A DNA stretch of 64,000 nucleotides, from NCBI GenBank assembly GCA_964057225.1, contig OZ059897.1:9610001-9674000 (forward strand). Reading direction: 5' to 3'. Made by a program: the position numbers and the translations under genes. Position 1 is the stretch's first letter. Every line of letters starts with the position of its first letter. The DNA comes from Auanema rhodensis. Lineage: Eukaryota > Animalia > Nematoda. Positions 28,270-39,327 of the stretch are shown here, in pieces. Below the pieces are notes generated by a model, which was not told the DNA's origin, did not search any database, and worked only from the letters and a program-made list of their open reading frames with translations.

Positions 28270-28886
28270 TTATTTACTTGAATGCCTTTTTTCAATATGT
28301 CCTGATAGAAACTCTTGAGTAAGAAAAAATTTGCTGCAAGCCCAACACTGAAATACAGATATACCGTTTTGATTGAATTCACTCATTTTAAACTCCATTT
28401 ACCTTATATAACTCCTGATTCTCATCTTTTTCCAATTTAGCCTTTAAACATCGAATTTCCTTTTTGCGTAAAGCTAGTTCTGTTTGCTTCGTTTCTAATT
28501 CTGCTACAAGTTGGCTTTGCGATTTCTGAAAGTTGGAAAGAAGTACATTTCTTAATTCGAATCAAGATATACCAAAGCATGTTCAATCTGCATCTGTGCT
28601 ATACGCAGTAGTTTCGGTAATTTCTCTTTCTGATCTGAGCTCAAGCTTAGGGGATCAACAGATAACAGGCTGGGCAACAGAGCTTGCAGAGTTTCGAATC
28701 GAGCAATCCCTTGCTCAAGAAGAGGCAAACTGACTTCATCTATAAAATACTTAGAATTATATTGATTACAATTAAATTAATTGTATAGTCAAAGCCATTT
28801 ATCTTTTGTATAAGCACTGTGTATAAGCACTAACCTATAAGCTCCCAGTTGGGCAATTTGAGCGTTATATTTTCAGAATTGTTCAT
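28270..28886 (-). CDS. DZIP1/Iguana-like protein: Dzip N-terminal domain, short coiled coil and one C2H2 finger; 4 exons (28886-28835, 28739-28573, 28525-28403, 28347-28270), 139 aa
   Basis: Spliced product: MNNSENITLKLPNWELID/EVSLPLLEQGIARFETLQALLPSLLSVDPLSLSSDQKEKLPKLLRIAQMQIEHAL/KSQSQLVAELETKQTELALRKKEIRCLKAKLEKDENQELYK/CWACSKFFLTQEFLSGHIEKRHSSK*. All introns are GT-AG, the total is 420 nt in frame, and AATAAA follows the stop. It matches the DZIP pattern W..I..(V/I) ... KL.R.AQ..IE..L.SQ ... C..C.K.F....FL..HI..RH. Confidence 0.82.
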
Positions 28887-29049
28887 ATAATTAGTGTTCA
28901 CAGTATACAACTATTCAAACAGCTAGTTATCCACTTACGAATACGATAATAGTAATAAAAATTGAAATTAATTGAAAAATTGAAATTAAATAAGAAATCT
29001 AAAATCGAGTATGTATGTTTAGATGTAATATCATATAATTGGTTCCCCG

Positions 29050-29063
29050 GTTGCCATGGCAAC
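29050..29063. promoter_or_regulatory. X-box (RFX/DAF-19 binding site)
   Basis: The perfect palindrome GTTGCCATGGCAAC lies 164 bp upstream of the DZIP1-like ATG, a typical sequence and position for nematode ciliary-gene X-boxes. Confidence 0.88.
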
Positions 29064-29336
29064 AAATCGTATGACATCTGGCATCTGTTCCTATAGCCAA
29101 ATACACAATATGTACAATCGAATACTTGTTTTTTCCAGAGATAGAAACATCTCAAATTCATTTTTTTAAACAAAAAGAAAGAAGAAGATATTGTTTTATC
29201 AAATAATTTATTATTATAGGTTGTGTGTATAGTAGATAGATAGATAATAATAACTTTTTTATATTTCTTTTGCATGACAACAAAGGTATGAGCTGAATAA
29301 TGAAACAACAACTTAGAAAAAAATACACAGATTCTC

Positions 29337-30941
29337 TTATATAAATCCAACTTTCTCCATATTCGTCTTGAAAACTGTTTCCACACATGACTCAATTACA
29401 CGATCAATGTTTTTTGTTTCGGTTGCATTTGTAAAATGACAGTAAACAGGACGATCTCTTTGAATATCAGAGCTTACCAACCTCGAGAATCTGTCTTGTA
29501 TGTACGAAGCACTTTGATCAAAGCCGTTAGTTCCTTAGAAAGCAAAGGTTAAATTTTTCAAATTTTCGAATTCATATTACCTTTGTAATCCTTAAAACAA
29601 ACAGAAATACTTGTTTTCTTTAATTTTTCTCGAAATATGTCAATTTTATTTAAAAACAGAATCATAGCAGTTTTTTTTCCAAAACACTTATTATTGAATA
29701 TGCGTTTGAATAATCTCATGCTGTACTTCAATCGATTCTAAAAAAAATAAACAAATTGCTTAATAGGGGAGAAGCAGTCAATCGGATTTACCATTTCGGA
29801 TGTTTTCTTGCCATTTGTAAGAACTTTCATGATTTCATCTCCATCATCTATTCTAAAATTATTATGTTTATTTATCAAATTTGGAATAGCAAACTTCATA
29901 TTATATGCTGAAATTTCTGCAATAAACAATATTCCGTTTACGTTATCGAAACAGTGGATCCATTTTCGTTGTTCACTTCTCTGGCCACCAACATCAACCA
30001 TTCTACAAATAGAAAAAAAAACATTATTTATGCATATTTCAAAGTATCAAGATTATATTCAATACCTTAGAATATACTGTTTAAACGGAAATTCTATCTC
30101 ATTAATTCCTGAAGTTGCAGCTCGTGCACGTAGTACATCTTGCTCATTAGCCCTATACTCAGGAGCACTAATTCTATCGATATCATCCAAAAAGCTAAAA
30201 AAACCGTATGAAATGAACAAATGAGCATTCATTCTTACTATAATGCTGAATCCAGCAAGTCTATTTCATCTTTGCGCTCAATTGTTTTCTGGATAAAATC
30301 AGAATGATAAATAGCTTGTATGCTCCTTGCTAATTCATATGAAATTTCAATTTCATTTTTTTGAACTTGTCGCTTGTAGGCTTTAAAGTACTCAACATGC
30401 TGCTGCAAATATCCAACCATGTTAAATATACTCTCAAAATTTCTTTAATTTACTCTGATGCTTAGATCTTCATCCATCTCAATATCACATTTTTCAGCTC
30501 CACACAACAACTGCTCCAAAGACTCTACTGCATTGGCTTGTACCAGATACCGAAAATTTAAAAAATCCAAATCACTGAATCCATCTAAATGAAGAATTCT
30601 AGAAAAACAAATTTTGTTAGGTGTGGACATCCAATTTAAAAATGATATACCTCATTTGCTTAAAAATAGTACTTTTGCCAGATTCAGGTCCCCCTAAAAG
30701 AATTCAATTGCTTTTCTTTTTTTTTACTTTTTTTAACTACCTAGAAGTAAAATTTTATAAGTTCTGCGCATTCTAACTCGAGCTTGCTCAATCTCATTGT
30801 CAATTTCTATTGATTTCTGGACGAGCTTCCGAGGGTCAACATAGGAAGTGGATAAACTGAAATAATAAAAAAATTATAAAATAATAGGAAAAAATAAATT
30901 AATTAAGCTAACTTATTTGAAAATTGTCCAGTGAAATGCAT
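29337..30941 (-). CDS. gpa-11: Heterotrimeric G-protein alpha subunit, nematode-specific GPA-11 type; true start uncertain
   Basis: [82 protein letters not shown] and C-terminus MEKVGFI*. The GGPE P-loop, GFSDLD and EKVGF features match C. elegans GPA-11 as I recall it. 30941 is the first in-frame ATG found. Confidence 0.87.
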
Positions 30942-33094
30942 TCCACAAAAAAGCAATCGAAAATTGAAAGTGGATGAAGCTTGAGAAGATCCTTGATTTT
31001 GAATTAAATCAACTATAGAACTTATGAATCATTAAGATTAACTTGAATTCCGGGTACCTGGCTTCTTTTCTTCAGTCACAACAAAACCGTTGTTTCTGGT
31101 TGTAATCGGCTGATCAGCCGAATAAGTGCTATCGGGCCACAGGCTTAACCGAGTAATGATAAACGGCGTTTCAAAAAATGACGGAAAGTTGCTGAAACGT
31201 AATAAGCAAATAGAGCATTACTATGAAGTACGGTAAATACGAAAATAACAAACACTTACAAATTTGTTTCAGAATGTTTACGAAATCTCTATGAAATCTG
31301 ATGTTAAGCTATGGACACGTATATTACAGACTGCAAAATATACAAAAACGATATAAACTGATTATTTGTTTAAATTTGTATCAATTAAAGTGTAAGAACA
31401 ACTTAACAAATACAATTAAATTAATAAATGTAGTCTTATAATTTTCTATTATAAAAAGTATAAATAGAGGAAACAATTCAACTATATTAGCTTATTAAGT
31501 TTGTAGGTTGATAATAGCTACTATTCAAAATACTGAGATATATAGCATTTTAATTTTTTTTTATATTTGATGAAAACAAAATTATAGCCAATGAGTTAAA
31601 AGAGTTAAAAGAGTAGTTTTTGTTTGGTAAAATTGGGATAAAATTATCAAACTTTGACAACAAACTGATATGGAATCAAAACAGGAATGCAAGTTGTATG
31701 GTAAAGAAAATCTCAAAGAGCACACTATATTTGAATTATTCTGACATCAAATGATTTTCTATATTACATAATTGGAGTTATATATGTTATGTTATATGGT
31801 AACATATCGAAGTATTAAAAGAGAAATAAAATGAAAAATAGATGCAGATACATATGGAGTAAAGTTTCTATATCAGAAGATCATATGCAACGAATGAAAA
31901 GTGTCGAAGAAAAGAAGCGAATTAACAAATTAAGCAGGTGATTTGAAGAATTAAGGTATGTAAAACAAATATATTTATATATATTTAATATATGTACGTT
32001 ATAACTGGAATTACATCATAAAAATAATAATAGAATTAACAGATAGCAACGACGTTATAGCTCTGAAATTATAAAAAAAGTTTAGCTATAACTTTAGAAT
32101 AAACTAAATCATTTCGTATCTGAATAGTCCATTATGAGAAACGTTTTGATACAATTTACTTTCAAGAGAAAAGAAGTGGAAAGAGAAGGAAGATCAAAAT
32201 TTACTTTAATTATATCTTTTCTCAAATTGCAATGAAGAAATCATTCTAGCGAAACAGCGCAGAATGAAATAGGAGGTGGGAGCTGGGTTGAATGCTAGAT
32301 TTGAATCTAAAATAATAATAATAACGTTTTCATCTCAGATACTGATAACTATTATTATTTTACCTTTCAGACACTATAATGATGTTTTTCAATCATATCT
32401 TTCAAAGAATTAATATTTTAATCATATTCTTACTTACTAACTTATGTTCGTAGAAAACGTTAGCATGAATGTGTAAAGTTTTTAGATGATAAGCAAAACA
32501 TTCAGCATAATGTTTTCAAACAAACGGTAATATGTGAATAACTTTTGTTAACAAGTATATCATTCACTGTAAACGCCCACAAAGTAGCTACATTTACATT
32601 GAATAAGAAATTCTCGATCACGTGCAACACTAATTTCTGATAATAGCAAGTACTACAATAACTTTCTGCAAAATTGAACAATCATCTTAACAATGCAGCT
32701 TTATACAACTGTTGAATCCGCGTCATCAATTTGTTTCAAAAATCAAGCTAAGTATAAACAGGCTATGGGTTTTCCGTCAATGTAATACATCTCATATAAT
32801 ATGTCTACGTCATAAACGTACGGTTGCTCTTTGTATTATTACTATTTAAATTCTAAATAAATTTCATAATTGTAGATATGAAAGGATGTTTGAAAATTTT
32901 AAAGTACATAGGAAACTATTTCAAATGTTCATTAGCATACGATAAACGGACCGGGGGCATTTTTAAATGTGTAAGTTGTTTACGAATTTAACTGTAATGA
33001 GTGCAGAAGCATTAAGATTTGATTGATATATTCATCGCATTTTTAATTGTCTTGCATATTCGCATTTTTCTATTTAATTATTGTCTTTGAAGAT

Positions 33095-34761
33095 ATGAGT
33101 GAAGCACTTTGCTTAAGTCCGGATACCTGCAATTGTGCGAGTAATGAGAATGAACGTCGGGAAAAGCATCTTATTAAAAGTCAGTTTTATTTTAAAAGTA
33201 CGGAAAGAACTGTTTTTTCTCTCCAGAGAAGTACAATTCTGACAGCGTTTTTGCTCTTGTTTTGGCTCTTAATAAGAAAGGCATATTGAAAGATAAAAGA
33301 TTTTTAGCTCAATTAACTGAAAAAAATTTTCATGTAAGTTTAAGTGTTATGATACATTTATTTTTTTATTAATGGCTCAGGAGTTGAAACCTTCTCCAGC
33401 ATCTCAAGATCCTTATGTGTTCGCTAGCACCAACAATGATGTTGATAGTTTTTCAATACAAGATTCTCTTGCTGATCGAACATTTGAAAGTATTACAGGT
33501 TAGTTGGCATATTTTTATAAAATCAAATAGAAGCGCATTATAGATGCTATTACAATACAAGGGGATAATACGATATCTTCTTCAAGATCCAGTTGTGATA
33601 GGTAGCTTTCATACTTATTTTTCTTGAATGTTATTCTATTTTTAGAATGGAAAGGGAACACTCTAGTAGTCAGACGGTTTCGCTTAGCCGTAGAACGTCA
33701 CTCAGAACAATGAATAGTCGAAGATCATCGGCCGTTCCTGATGCGGTCAGTCTTGATGCTTCTATCCGTCGGAGTGTAAGTCGGACTTCGACTATTAGCC
33801 GCAGATCTCGTAGTCAGAGCCCAGCTTCATCTTCTGACTCTCAATCAGGAGCTTATGCAGTGAAGCGACGCAAGAAAAATAAGAGCAAAACAAAAGTTAG
33901 TAATTCATTTAGTAGTATTTTGATTTTTTAAAAGATTAGAAAAGCAAATTGCCACCAAAGAGCTGCACTAGACTAGGTACCGATATCAGAAGTGTGCTCA
34001 CCTATCAAAAAGAATTTATGAGGTAATATCCTAAATTTTTCAAATCATATCATTATTTGAATCAGAAAACTAACTGAGGGCTCATCTACTCAGAAAGAGA
34101 TTACGGAACATATATCAATTTGGTTTAATTTTGTGGCTGCGAAGTGCTGTTCTCTTACAGTAATTATAACTATCATTTTAATTTCAAGAATATATTGTTC
34201 AGGTTAATACATTTAACATGCACAATACACTTACCTCAGTTCTCGTTAACACTATGAAACTATTTGATATAGAAACTTCTAGAGGAAATATGGTAGCGAT
34301 TTTCGATGTGATGTTCATTAAGATACGATTTAGACGGCTGCTCACGAGATAGAGACCTTTATAAAAACAATTTTATTGAAGTTCATAAAGCATTCTTCAC
34401 ATATCAGTAGCACTTCTAGACGTTGGTTGTTCGCATATGAGGTAAAACGCAAATATTTATCCGTTAAAGCATCAATATTTAGGTTTTACGTACCAGTATT
34501 CAAATGATAACTCAACCCAAAATTTTAATGGGGATTGAAGCTTTTCTTTTGGAATTCCATATGAAGTGGGTATTATGTAGTATAACTGTTAAACTTTTTT
34601 TTTAAAGGTTTGTCAAGTTCGCTTGTGTTTCAAAAAGGGCTCCAACTCGTGAAAATCTTGAGCATACTTCCTATGTTTCTCAACAATTGGGAAGCTTAGT
34701 GCAGGAAGCTGCGACAAGTCTTAGCAACATAGCTAAGAAAATAAAATATAATATTGCATAG
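33095..34761 (+). CDS. Protein of unknown function with a Ser/Arg-rich central region, a basic NLS-like motif and a helical C-terminal region; 5' end uncertain
   Basis: A chain of phase-compatible short exons includes SRRSRSQSPASSSDS and KRRKKNKSK. The last exon reads ...SLSNIAKKIKYNIA* (TAG 34759-34761). Further upstream exons are possible near 32700-32970. Confidence 0.6.
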
Positions 34762-34806
34762 TACAAAACCGTTTTATCCAAAAAAAATTTACAGTATTTA
34801 CTTCTG

Positions 34807-37090
34807 TTATTGTTTTTCCTTTTTTTTCCTTTGTTTTTTTAGATCTGCATTCTCTTTGCACAACTGAAAATTTCCTGTACTTTTTGTTAAGATCGAATCT
34901 TACCTGTTCAAATTCTTCTGTAGCTCTTATGAAGGCTCTCTGATCTTCTTTAAGTTGCGAGTATTCCTCTGCGAGGTCACTTTTTTCCTTTTCTAAAGTC
35001 TTCGAATTAGCTTCTATCTGAATTAATAATGTTATGTTTTTTGTTTAAAATCTTATAATGTACCTTCTCCATGTTCAATTCAATTCCTTTCAGAATATTT
35101 TGTAGGTTTTGAATGAATGAGTCTTGAAAAGGCTCCGATGTGGCCCTGGGATAGTTTTTAATAAAGATAGAAAGCTTATACATACTTAGGTAAAATATCT
35201 TCGATATTTGATAATAAGTCTATTTGTTTTTTGGTAAAATTTTTTACGTGAAGTATTGTGTTATAAACAGAATAATACTCCTTTGTTTGGAGATGCTTGT
35301 TGGACACTAAAAATGAAAAATATCATGAACTCAACATATTATCAAGTTACTCTGATTATACAGTTCCAAAAATCGTTGCTGATATTGCGCAATTTCTGTA
35401 TGAGACGGAATTTCATCAGCCTGTTGCTGCAGCTCATAGAACCTCTTTGCAGTCTGAATTGGTAGTAGTTTGTATAATACCATATGTCTCTTGTTTTACC
35501 TCAGCATAACTTGATCGCTGTGACACTAGTTCCTCTTCTTTAATTTTCAAGATTGCCTTAAGTTGAATAATACGATCATCCTAAATTGTAAAAACATTAA
35601 ATACACAAAGCCAAATAGAGTCACTAGCCAGTCGACCGACGGACAAAAGCTTTTCAGTTCTTTCAAGTTCTTCTTCTAATTTCTCTACTTCAGCACTACA
35701 TGAATTCTCAAATTCTTTATCTTTCAAAACTTGCAAATCATGCTCATCGAGCAGCTCTTGAAACTCTTTCACCAGTCTGAAGAAATTTAATACAGCCGAA
35801 ACAGTTTGAATAATTACTTTGGATCTGCATTCTGAATGAAGTCCGTCATTTTCTGAGTTTCCGAACGGAAAATGTTAACTTTTTCTTGAAGCCTTTCAAT
35901 TTCTTCTTTCTCCTTCTCTATTTCCTGGTCCAATATTTCATTCTGTTTGGTGGCCTGAATTTAATGACTAAGAAAACATCCGGTTAACATTTTCACCTTT
36001 TTAATCTTCATATCTAAAATTTCTTCTTCTGTCATTCCGTACTAAACCAAAAAATAATGTATATTGTTTATGATCAAAAAATATACTAACAGCATTATCA
36101 TCCGAAATTACCACATTATCGAAAATTTTTTTTAAAACTTTGGTTGAGACTTTATCTCTTGTAACTGATTCTTCCATTGTATCAAGAGCCTCTTCCATTG
36201 TAGGATTCTCTGAAGTATCAGGCTTTGAAAATGTGGATCTGAATGCATCAGAGTTTTTAAAAATGTTTAATAATTCAACCTTGAATATTCAGCTAAAGTA
36301 CACAGAGCATTATCTAAGATATCTTTAGTAACCGTATTAGGGCCTCTTTTGAAATATCTCTCAGGGTATGATTTAGAGAGTAACGTAGTATAATGGCTAA
36401 TTTCGTTCTGAAATAACAAGCAAATGTATAATTTCATAATATAATGAAATACCTCGTCATTTTCATGACTCGTTTGTTTATAATTAAATGTAGAATAGGA
36501 TTCCAAATCATCCCCATGCTCTTTTTTAGCTTCAATTGTTTTCTTTACTAACCACTATAATACTCATTACTTCAACCCACAAAGTTTGATAATACCTGAA
36601 TCACGGGGAAAATGTGAATAAAATCAAGGCCTTGGATTTGATGAGGTTGAATGGCAAACGGGCATTTTAATAAATTTAAAACCTCAACTATTTTCTCAGT
36701 TAAATTACTATAATAAGAGTATCAGATAATGAAATTTCAGGAAGTTATCACATTCGTTCTCCTATTGTTGAATTTTCGGAATGTAATAAATCAACATCTA
36801 CAGAATAATTGCACATCGATATGCACCATACGATTCCACCAACAATCTGAAAGTTCCTTGTTCAGTTTCTATATTTATATTTTTTATATATTTGATTCAC
36901 TTTATCGAACGGTGCGAGGCCCTTAATACGAGCACGAAAATACCCACAAGCAACTAGGAGATCAATGCAGTCTTGGAATTTAATTTGTTGCTCTTCATCT
37001 TCACGGATGTCTGCCTAATATTAAAATCAGATTCTAGAGAATTTCAATAGGACTATATCTACTTACTGTTGCTCTTGAAGCTGCTGACAT
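34807..37090 (-). CDS. CCDC93: Coiled-coil domain-containing protein 93 (CCC/Commander endosomal recycling complex subunit)
   Basis: [45 protein letters not shown]...VDVDLL.SENSTIG...[21 protein letters not shown] matches the CCDC93 N-terminus. A long coiled coil follows, and the last exon is [18 protein letters not shown]. Confidence 0.92.
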
Positions 37091-37299
37091 TTGGAATTAT
37101 TTAAGATTACTATTTTAATTATTAACCCGAAGAATAAATTGTTGTTCCCAAAAGTTCTTATTAGCAAAGCTCATTTCGGTAGTACGGTAATCCACCATTT
37201 TTAGTCAAACGCATTTTTTTTCGAATTTGAAAATTTCAGTTCAGTTTGAAGTAAGCGGTTCACATATTACATCTTCGTATTATAATAACATAATCAGAT
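37091..37299. promoter_or_regulatory. Compact divergent (bidirectional) promoter region between CCDC93 and Bin3/MePCE
   Basis: Only 209 bp separate the two divergent ATGs. Confidence 0.65.
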
Positions 37300-38929
37300 A
37301 TGTCAGCGGAATGCTCCACCAGAAGTCCAAGAAAAGGAAGTTTTGGGAGTAGGGGCAAACGTAAGTTTTACGTTCAAGTTTGAAGCTTATATTGAAACTT
37401 AGGTGATAACAGAAGGCATGGTGAACACTATTACCCTGGTGGTTCTCGTGAAGATCCTCTTAATTTGAAAAATGCTCCTGTACCAGAAGAGTGCCAGAAA
37501 GAATTATCTGTACTAGTTCTTTGAAGTTCTTCTTTATATAACAGCTTTTTAGATTGCTATACCTACTTCGAATGATACAGAAAATAAATCCAGAAAACGA
37601 TCGAAAACAAACGATACTTTATCTCCTGTGGCCAAAAAAGTTTGTTAATTGCAAACCTTAGTTATGGACTTATTCAATTGTAGGGGCGCAGCTGTAGTAA
37701 TAGTCCAATGAAAGCAAAAATTGCAAGTGCCGCTTCATCACCTAAACCTGCCTCATCTTCTAATCCAACTGTTGACAAGAAGTCAAAGAAAGAGTATTAC
37801 AATAAAAAGTAAGCCTATCGTTTTCTTCGAAGTACTTCTTATATTCTCCTTCAGGTATTCATATGGTAACTTTGATCGTTATTACGGTACTAGATTAGAT
37901 CCTGGCCGAAGTGATACTAGATTAACTGTTTTAAAACGGGATTGGTTTGAAAGACAAACAGTGCTTGATATTGGTGAACATGATTTAAAAAAAAAAATTT
38001 TTAATAGTTTCTAAATTCAGGCTGCAATGTTGGATTTTTAACATTATCAATTGCTAGAGATTTCCAACCACGAAGAATTTTGGGTATTGATATTGATGAA
38101 CATCTGATTGGCGTAGCTCGTAAGAATATCAGACATTATTGCGACAAAAATACAGAGGTACAAAATTTTCTTTAACCTCATTTTAGTCCTCATTCTTTTC
38201 TAGTTTTATGGAAAGTTTCCTGCTTCTTTCTGTAATTCATTTGGTCCTGTATCGCAACAGTCAACTTTTTTCAAAAATAAATTCCCAGACAATGTTTGGT
38301 TTAGAACAGAAAATTATGTTCTTGATTCTGATGAGTTAGTAGACACAGTAAGTGTTATTATTGTTAATTTATACTGAAACTTATCCGAAATGATTAACAG
38401 GTTATTGAAGAATTTGACGTTATTCTTGCCCTTTCCATTACAAAATGGATACACCTAAATTGGGGAGATGATGGAATGAGAAGATTTTTCAAACGTGTAT
38501 TTAAACATCTTCGTCCTGGTGGAAAATTTATTATTGAGCCTCAACCTTATGAGTCATACAGAAAAAGAGCTAAAATGACGGTATATATACTATGCATCTC
38601 GAATTCTTATATCTATTCTATACATTATAGGAAACGCTAAAGAAAAACTTTGATGCTATTGAGTTTAAACCTGACGATTTTGAAATGTATCTGTTGGAAG
38701 AAATAGGTTTTCATAAAGTTGAACATCTTGGAGTGCCTAATGCTAAGTCTAAAGGTAATCTATCTAACACGCCTGCCATTTCAAGATTTATTATGTTACA
38801 GGCTTCGAGAGACCAATAGACGTGTATTTCAAAGAGGAGCCCAAGTTTTTAACCAAAAAACACTTAATTACCACAGAGGACACTCCTGTTCCTGAGGAAT
38901 CCGAAGATATGTCTGAAAAAACTGTATGA
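37300..38929 (+). CDS. MEPCE: Bin3/MePCE-type SAM-dependent RNA methyltransferase (7SK snRNA methylphosphate capping enzyme family)
   Basis: [96 protein letters not shown]. Stop TGA at 38927-38929. Confidence 0.93.
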
Positions 38930-39327
38930 AAATAATGTTTGATCCTCACTTGTCTTTGTTAATTTTTTGCATGTTGTTTAATAGCTTTGTTAAAGAGTTT
39001 TAAGTTACATAATAAATATTTTATTTGACTTGAGTCTTGGGAATTAGTGCGTTGGGTGTTCGCCATACCTTCAAGCCATTTCTCTCTCGTCGAGGAGAGT
39101 GCAGAGAAACACGCGAGTCCCAATCGATATTACGACCAATTGTGTTAAATTATGATTCAAATTATTTTTTGGATGTTCTGTATCACAATCTGATCTTTTA
39201 TTCGGGCATTGTAAATTATATTTTCAATTATATAATTATAATCTTGCTAGTTGTTGTATTTCTTTTAAACGTTTGATGCTCAGGTGCGGTAAGGCGCGAG
39301 AATTTTTTTTTGAATTACAGGTATATT

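Noticed and set aside
28533-28733. 66-aa plus-strand ORF
   Set aside because: It is the antisense shadow of exon 2 of the DZIP1-like gene.
28898-29395. 165-aa minus-strand ORF
   Set aside because: It has the composition of AT-rich intergenic DNA, starts out of frame inside the gpa-11 3' end, and crosses the X-box promoter.
34721-34806. Apparent CCDC93 extension overlapping the opposite gene's coding end (ending ELCC* or a hydrophobic tail)
   Set aside because: Removing a 40-nt GTAAGA...TTTTCAG intron gives a C-terminus that fits CCDC93 and stops at 34807, so the coding regions do not overlap.
38930-39327. MePCE and zinc-finger gene as an SL2 operon
   Set aside because: About 300 bp separate the AATAAA from the next acceptor, and the spacer has its own GC-rich promoter-like motifs. 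An operon cannot be supported from sequence alone.
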